Source of the DNA: Candidatus Poseidoniaceae archaeon
GTDB taxonomy: Archaea > Thermoplasmatota > Poseidoniia > Poseidoniales > Poseidoniaceae
DNA: 11,783 nt
Assembly (NCBI GenBank): GCA_965662895.1
Contig: CBFIJH010000021.1
Coordinates: 1 to 11,783, forward strand
Direction of reading: 5' to 3'
In this document: piece after piece, positions 6,700-11,783 of the stretch
Layout of the letters: the number at the start of each line of letters is the position of its first letter
Position numbering within the stretch: position 1 is the stretch's first letter
Notes under the pieces: model-generated
The model's input: only the letters and a program-made list of their open reading frames with translations
Database searches by the model: none
What the model was told of the DNA's origin: nothing
Program-made: the position numbers and the translations under genes

Positions 6700-7992
6700 T
6701 CAACTACCATCACGGTCGAATTGCGACAGAAGACTGTTGAGTTCCCGCTGCCGTTCTTCGAGAGCATTACGACCTTTCTTGGACAACTCGGCATCCTTGA
6801 GTTTCTTAGCGATATCCTCAAGTTCGGCACGAGCGTTCGCACGGGATTCATCCAGTTTCTTGCGCTCTTGAACCATTTTACGCTTTGCAGAACGTTGCTT
6901 GGTGACCTCTGCTTGTTCGTAAACACTGTCGGAAAGTTCGACCGATGTTGGGTATGGAATGTTGATGTTTTCTCTTCCAAATTGCTCATCGATGTTTCTC
7001 AATAACCAATCTCTCGCAACGTATTCATCGCTGTAATCCTCAACCCAAGTATAAACTCTGAAGATTTTGGCAAAATCAGCAAGTTCATGCAACAGGACCC
7101 GTGGTTCTGGTTGAGCGATAACATACGGACATTCCTTGGCAAGTTGAAGCAGCGTGTACTTGACGTGGTCGATGTCTTCTCTGTAATCGACACCAATATC
7201 AAGAATAATTGAGATTCGACGGGCAACACCGTCACCGCCACCTCGTGCATGGTTGATGACTTTGGACTCAACGAGCGTATTGTTTGGAATGACAACAAGT
7301 CGTTCATCTCGGTCGAGAACCTTGGTCGACAAGATACCTACTGAAACGACGGAACCCCAGGTCCCCTCGACTTCAATACGGTCACCAACCTCAAAGGGTC
7401 GGTCAATTGCAAGCAAAAAGGAGTTGACGATGTTTCCAAGCGTCTGCTGAACTGCGAGACCGATAATCAACGAAAAGACAGCAAGCGATGCGAGGATTCC
7501 GAACAACTCGATTCCCAATTGATTGAGAGCAAAGTAGAGACCTGCAAACCAAACCACTGCACGCAAAAAGAACACAATAATCGAATTGCTGCCAGAGACG
7601 GTAACGCTTCCTTGGGAACTGAATTGGTCCATCAAGACCGGAATGAGATGTTTGATGGATACACTCAGAATGGAAGCGCTCAGGATAACGTAGAATGCTG
7701 CAAAGACCGGTTCGGATGCTTCGAAGGTCGAGCTCGATGTTCCGAGAATCCAACGGATGGTCAATTGAGAGCCAAGAGCCAAAATCAAGGCATAGGTGCG
7801 GTTGGCGAGTGGACGGTGAAGGTGATCGTCCCAGTCAGCCTCTGTAGAGGTTACAAACCGCCACCATGGTCGAATGATGGCGTACTTTGCGATCACAAGA
7901 GTAAGCAGAGTCAAGCCTATCGCAATGGCAAATCGAATGTAGTCATTAAGAGCGTTGATATCGTCGAGATACTGTTGATAATCCACGTTCAT
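6700..7992 (-). CDS. Small-conductance mechanosensitive channel (MscS family) with C-terminal coiled-coil extension
   Basis: Multiple N-terminal TMs, then LASLAVFSLIIGLAVQQTLGNIVNSFLLAIDRPFEVGDRIEV, GSVVSVGILST, VVIPN, DIGVDY and INIPYP, all MscS-type. The probable start is ATG 7992 (MNVDYQ) rather than 8040, because TTTTATA lies about 28-34 nt upstream of 7992. Confidence 0.93.
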   Translation of the reverse strand: MNVDYQQYLDDINALNDYIRFAIAIGLTLLTLVIAKYAIIRPWWRFVTSTEADWDDHLHRPLANRTYALILALGSQLTIRWILGTSSSTFEASEPVFAAFYVILSASILSVSIKHLIPVLMDQFSSQGSVTVSGSNSIIVFFLRAVVWFAGLYFALNQLGIELFGILASLAVFSLIIGLAVQQTLGNIVNSFLLAIDRPFEVGDRIEVEGTWGSVVSVGILSTKVLDRDERLVVIPNNTLVESKVINHARGGGDGVARRISIILDIGVDYREDIDHVKYTLLQLAKECPYVIAQPEPRVLLHELADFAKIFRVYTWVEDYSDEYVARDWLLRNIDEQFGRENINIPYPTSVELSDSVYEQAEVTKQRSAKRKMVQERKKLDESRANARAELEDIAKKLKDAELSKKGRNALEERQRELNSLLSQFDRDGS

Positions 7993-8019
7993 CCCTAGAT
8001 AAAATCCCGGGCGGTCGCG

Positions 8020-8026
8020 TATAAAA
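8020..8026 (-). promoter_or_regulatory. TATA box for the MscS gene
   Basis: Minus strand reads TTTTATA, 28-34 nt upstream of ATG 7992. Confidence 0.55.
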
Positions 8027-8139
8027 GGATAGCACCTCATGTCGGCATCCTGTTCGGCTCTTTCAATACAGATGTGAATCGTTCAATTGTTTCCAAGAAG
8101 GAGAGACAACATCAAAGAGTCCTTTCAATTCGGTGTGCC

Positions 8140-9297
8140 ATGGAACACCGAAAATCCGTCAACATTGTCAACTCTTCGTTCTTGGTTGGGATGCCACTCC
8201 TCGCCCTTGTCAGTCTTGTGTTTTACAGCCTGAAGTACGGTATTTCATGGGGCGAACCGATAATCTTCGTTGCCTTCTACCTGGCCTGTGGACTTTCGAT
8301 AACGGCTGGATATCACCGCTTGTTCAGTCACCGAACCCACAAAGCAGCATGGCCAATGCGCCTTTTCTATGCGTTGTTCGGAGCTGCGGCTTTCCAGAAT
8401 TCAGCGATTAAGTGGTGCAGCGATCACCGCCGCCATCACCTCAAAACCGACGAGGAAGAAGACCCCTACACCGTCAAGAACGGATTCATGTGGGCACACA
8501 TGGGATGGGTCATGGTTGACCAAGGCGAGGAAATCGTCGAGCATGTCGAAGACCTCCAAGCGGATCGAATCCTCGCTTGGCAGGACCGTCACATTTTCCT
8601 CATCGGTTTCTTGGTTGGAATAGTCTTACCTGGTGTTGTCGGCTACGCTGCTATCGGCGGAACTCAAGGTTTTCTTGGCGGAATGATTTACGGTGGGTTC
8701 CTACGTGTTGTCATCGTTCACCATGCCACCTTCCTCATCAACTCAGCAGCACACACCTGGGGCACGCAACCGTACTCGACTGCGAACACTTCTCGTGATT
8801 CACCAATTCTCTCGTTTTTGACCTTCGGAGAAGGTTACCACAACTTCCATCACACCTTCCAAGCCGATTACAGGAATGGACACAAGTGGTACCATTGGGA
8901 CCCATCGAAATGGTGGATTAAGGTAGCATCATGGTTTGGAATGACCAAAGATTTGCATAAAATCCCGAAGAAATCAATTGAATCGCAACGAATGAAAACG
9001 TCGTTTGAACGAAACGCAAACGAGGATACAGTGAGTAACGAAGATCAGGCAAAACTCGCTCAATGCGTCCAACAGTTGCGCAAAGGATTCACTGAACTGA
9101 TGAAACGAAGAAACGATTACAAAACTGCAAAGATGGATCGTGATAAGGAAACAAAGGCTGCGTGGAAGAGCATCAAAGAGGGGCACAAAGCTCGCATCAA
9201 ACAATGCAAAGTCCGCATTGCACAAGCACGCCTTGAATTCAAACACCTAATGCAGTCTCTGAAAATCAATGAAAACGCAACTGCAAACGTAGCGTGA
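8140..9297 (+). CDS. Membrane-bound fatty acid desaturase, Delta-9 acyl-CoA/acyl-lipid type
   Basis: Three His boxes: GYHRLFSH (~8314), DHRRHH (~8425) and GEGYHNFHH (~8839). Also DPY, AHMGW, TFLINSAAH and DYRNG..WYHWDPSKW. Probable start is ATG 8140 (MEHRKS); the ORF track starts at an upstream GTG. No cytochrome b5 (HPGG) fusion. Confidence 0.93.
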   Translation: MEHRKSVNIVNSSFLVGMPLLALVSLVFYSLKYGISWGEPIIFVAFYLACGLSITAGYHRLFSHRTHKAAWPMRLFYALFGAAAFQNSAIKWCSDHRRHHLKTDEEEDPYTVKNGFMWAHMGWVMVDQGEEIVEHVEDLQADRILAWQDRHIFLIGFLVGIVLPGVVGYAAIGGTQGFLGGMIYGGFLRVVIVHHATFLINSAAHTWGTQPYSTANTSRDSPILSFLTFGEGYHNFHHTFQADYRNGHKWYHWDPSKWWIKVASWFGMTKDLHKIPKKSIESQRMKTSFERNANEDTVSNEDQAKLAQCVQQLRKGFTELMKRRNDYKTAKMDRDKETKAAWKSIKEGHKARIKQCKVRIAQARLEFKHLMQSLKINENATANVA

Positions 9298-9298
9298 T

Positions 9299-10777
9299 TC
9301 AGATTAGAGGTTCCAAATTACCATCTGCAACGTACAAACTCGGCCCGGATGCTAGATAATACACCGATCCGCGTCCATCTCGTGAATCCGAAGCGGTGGC
9401 GTTTGGGTTATCGGCACATCCTTCTGTGCAACCATCAGCAAATGCAACATAAACGCGTCCTTGACGATCGATGTGCAGGTCGTTGAAATCAAGCAAGTTG
9501 CGGTTCGAACCACCAATGTCACGACAATCTCCCGAATTCAAGCAAATCGAGCCAACTTGGACTGGATCATCGGTTACACGATACGTATGGAAAACTGGAT
9601 TCTCATCGAGCGCATTCAAACTGTAGGTGATGTAAAGGTGGTATGTCGCATTGTTTGGAGCGTAGTGTGCGTTGCCATCCCAAGGGTTGCCGTCAAGATC
9701 CGACTCGTTGAGCATCTCTGTGTTCTCACTTCCAAGATAGGTAATCGCAATTCGCCCGGGGTCACCTGCATCCGTTTGTGGGAAGACCGTCGAAATAACC
9801 CCAGCAGGAGATATGCGAATGCTTTCTTGTTCCCATGTTTCTCCGGAATCCATCGACCTTGACATGTACACACCTTCATCGGCTCCAGTCCATACGTGGT
9901 AAGCGTTGGAGTCCGTATCGGTTGATACTTCGGAATTTTTTCGGGGATTTGGCGTACCTGCATCCGAACCCATGGTGCGCTCGAACCATGAGAAACCGTT
10001 GTCTTTCGAGACAATGACCGTTGGTGTAGCGACGCGAGGCGTGACGTAAACGGTGCCATCGGGTGCAGTTGAAATCGCACCGTGCAATCCACCGTTGGTC
10101 GTTGCAAGTCCGATAATTTGTCCTCCCGTCTCAAAGGTTGCACCCCCATCAAAACTTGTAAAACAGAAAATTCCTGCAATCTTGTTGTAGCAATAGTATA
10201 CTGCAGTTTCATAGAAGCCGCTTGTGAATTGACCCAATGCCCCGTAGCCTGCGTCTGTCCAAGGACCGCTGGCGAGTTTGATGTGGTCATTGAGTGGAGT
10301 GGTGCCTGAATCATGTGGATTCCCCATCCACGTCTGACCATCATCATCGCTCCAGCAAATCCACGATGTTTCCAAACCGATCATCTGAACGCCAAAGACT
10401 CGATCGGTGATCGGATCAACCCATCCGTATGGATCGCTGGTCGTCGGTGAACACTGCACCGGATCTTGTGTTTCATCCCACGTTTGCCCACCATCGCATG
10501 AACGCATCACCTTCTCCATTGCAATGAAGAAGATGCAGCCACTTGATGTTATACCGATGCTTGGTTCCTTTCCTGTTTCGCCAACATCGCTAAACTGGAA
10601 GGTCATATCAACAGGCATTGTTCCAATGGAAGCGCCTGTTTTATCCGTCACGAAAACACGGATTTCTTCTTGCTCTTGCTCGATTTCAGTGTTCGAAACA
10701 ACCTCATCTTCTCCAAAACACCCTGCAAGGGAAAAGGTCGCCATTAACAATGAAAGCAAGATTGCCTTACTGCGCAT
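9299..10777 (-). CDS. Secreted lipoprotein with BNR/Asp-box repeats (sialidase-like beta-propeller fold; substrate unknown)
   Basis: The probable start ATG 10777 gives the signal peptide MRSKAILLSLLMATFSLAGC with lipobox LAGC. Five Asp-boxes: SCDGGQTW, SDDDGQTW, SFDGGATF, SKDNGFSW, SMDSGETW. Confidence 0.85.
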   Translation of the reverse strand: MRSKAILLSLLMATFSLAGCFGEDEVVSNTEIEQEQEEIRVFVTDKTGASIGTMPVDMTFQFSDVGETGKEPSIGITSSGCIFFIAMEKVMRSCDGGQTWDETQDPVQCSPTTSDPYGWVDPITDRVFGVQMIGLETSWICWSDDDGQTWMGNPHDSGTTPLNDHIKLASGPWTDAGYGALGQFTSGFYETAVYYCYNKIAGIFCFTSFDGGATFETGGQIIGLATTNGGLHGAISTAPDGTVYVTPRVATPTVIVSKDNGFSWFERTMGSDAGTPNPRKNSEVSTDTDSNAYHVWTGADEGVYMSRSMDSGETWEQESIRISPAGVISTVFPQTDAGDPGRIAITYLGSENTEMLNESDLDGNPWDGNAHYAPNNATYHLYITYSLNALDENPVFHTYRVTDDPVQVGSICLNSGDCRDIGGSNRNLLDFNDLHIDRQGRVYVAFADGCTEGCADNPNATASDSRDGRGSVYYLASGPSLYVADGNLEPLI

Positions 10778-10851
10778 GGTAAGTCCTCGCGTGCACACCG
10801 TAATGACGTTAACGAATGTGCCGTTGGAGTATTCTGGAGCAGTTCGGAACA

Positions 10852-10857
10852 TTTATT
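10852..10857 (+). promoter_or_regulatory. TATA-like box for the EF-hand gene
   Basis: TTTATT, 25-30 nt upstream of ATG 10882. Confidence 0.5.
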
Positions 10858-10881
10858 CAATCAGCGACCCGACGTCCAACC

Positions 10882-11160
10882 ATGACTGGTGATGAAGACT
10901 GGAGCGTTGACGAAGCAATTTCAAACCTGAAAAATGCAATGAATGAAAGCAATCAAACTGCAGCGGATATCTTTTCATCCATCGATGCAAACGATGATGG
11001 CGAAATCAACGGTCCCGAATTGTACAAGGGTCTTATCGAACATCTTGGTAACCGATTATCACCTGGACAAGTATCGATGATCATCAATGCATTGGATGCA
11101 AACGAGGACAACCGAATCGACCTATCCGAACTCACTGCAGCCCTCGAAGAAGAGGAATAA
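10882..11160 (+). CDS. Small acidic EF-hand calcium-binding protein (two EF-hands)
   Basis: Probable start ATG 10882 (MTGDEDW, 92 aa). Two 12-residue loops, DANDDGEINGPE and DANEDNRIDLSE, in a helix-loop-helix context. Confidence 0.88.
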   Translation: MTGDEDWSVDEAISNLKNAMNESNQTAADIFSSIDANDDGEINGPELYKGLIEHLGNRLSPGQVSMIINALDANEDNRIDLSELTAALEEEE

Positions 11161-11181
11161 ACTCAACAACAACGAGAGGCA

Positions 11182-11727
11182 TCATGGCTTCCAGTTCGCT
11201 TGCGTAAGATGAGGTTTGTGTTCGTCAGCCTTGTGGTGTTCTTCCAACCGATCCAGAAGCCATAACACCCAGTGGAATGTTCCCATACCGTCATCTTCTG
11301 ATACACTACTATCCTCATGCATAATGTATCCCATCTCGGCCACTTGCATCATTCGTCGCATACTTGGCCCAATCAAGGATAGGTAACCATTGTAAAAAGA
11401 GTAGACTAAATCGAACGAAAGATTACGATGGTAGGTCATGACTGCATGATTTGCCATCAATACAATGACTGCATTCGATGCGTCCTTTTGTTCTCTCGGA
11501 AGAGCCATCAACTCTTCTGGTGTTGAATTATGTTTGATCACGGCACCAAACGTTGCAAAGCCTCGCTGAACCAATGGGTTTTCCAACGATTGTGCAATCG
11601 TTTGTGAAATTTCGTAGCGTCGATTTCGGTTCACTTCCATAACTTGACGAATACCAAAGAGGAGTGTGAACATGATGGCAAGGCCACTCAAGGCCTCTCC
11701 AATATTTGCTGCTGATTCTAGATCCAT
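11182..11727 (-). CDS. Hypothetical protein with single N-terminal TM/anchor helix (DUF4760-like architecture, uncertain)
   Basis: ORF of 184 aa from TTG 11736, or 181 aa from ATG 11727. N-terminal MDLESAANIGEALSGLAIMFTLLFGIRQV is followed by a helical soluble domain with a late FHWV motif. The family assignment is weak. Confidence 0.75.
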   Translation of the reverse strand: MDLESAANIGEALSGLAIMFTLLFGIRQVMEVNRNRRYEISQTIAQSLENPLVQRGFATFGAVIKHNSTPEELMALPREQKDASNAVIVLMANHAVMTYHRNLSFDLVYSFYNGYLSLIGPSMRRMMQVAEMGYIMHEDSSVSEDDGMGTFHWVLWLLDRLEEHHKADEHKPHLTQANWKP

Positions 11728-11736
11728 TTGACTCAA

Positions 11737-11783
11737 TCATTCAGTTGTGATGGCGATACTTTCTGCAGGAGATGATTCCATCG
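11737..11783 (-). CDS. Possible 3' end of an upstream gene entering from the right edge
   Basis: Minus strand reads ...MESSPAESIAITTE-TGA, ending at 11737 just before the next start. Too short to verify. Confidence 0.3.
   Translation of the reverse strand, partial: MESSPAESIAITTE

Noticed and set aside
9616-10347. 243-aa alternate-frame ORF within the Asp-box lipoprotein
   Set aside because: It is fully nested in a well-supported gene, has no recognisable motifs, and has the composition of an off-frame reading.
10807-10814. Short palindromes CGTTAACG (10807-10814) and TTGTACAA (589-596) in promoter regions
   Set aside because: 8-bp palindromes are frequent by chance, and these share no consensus with each other.
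727-10892. Numerous 60-172-aa antisense or alternate-frame ORFs overlapping the main genes
   Set aside because: All overlap longer CDSs with clear family motifs. None has its own motif or promoter evidence.
1-11783. CRISPR arrays, tRNA/rRNA genes, transposases, integrases or defence systems
   Set aside because: No regularly spaced repeats, RNA-gene signatures or relevant protein motifs were seen, and intergenic gaps are all under about 150 nt.

Overview
Gene-dense, moderate-GC, chromosomal-looking window with no mobile elements, RNA genes or CRISPR. It is very probably archaeal: there is a long archaeal/eukaryal-type PheS, and TATA-like boxes sit about 25-30 nt upstream of most start codons. 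The gene content suggests Marine Group II/Poseidoniales (inference). From left to right it holds: (1) a minus-strand two-TM membrane protein running off the left edge, missed by the ORF track (<1..586); (2) its tandem paralog (648..1460); (3) a ~910-aa two-TM protein whose N- and C-terminal ectodomain segments match, motif by motif, the eukaryotic CD36/SCARB1/LIMP-2 class B scavenger-receptor family, with a ~480-aa repeat-containing insertion; (4-5) two YbjQ/UPF0145 genes; (6) pheS; (7) an MscS channel with a coiled-coil tail; (8) a divergent Delta-9-type membrane fatty-acid desaturase; (9) a lipoprotein with five Asp-box (BNR) repeats; (10) a small two-EF-hand protein; and (11) a single-TM hypothetical protein. 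The top observation is the CD36-like receptor in a prokaryote. It is co-oriented with two paralogous surface proteins and a YbjQ pair and lies near a fatty-acid desaturase, making this a candidate lipid-scavenging/remodelling locus. All family calls come from motif recognition by eye; no searches were run.
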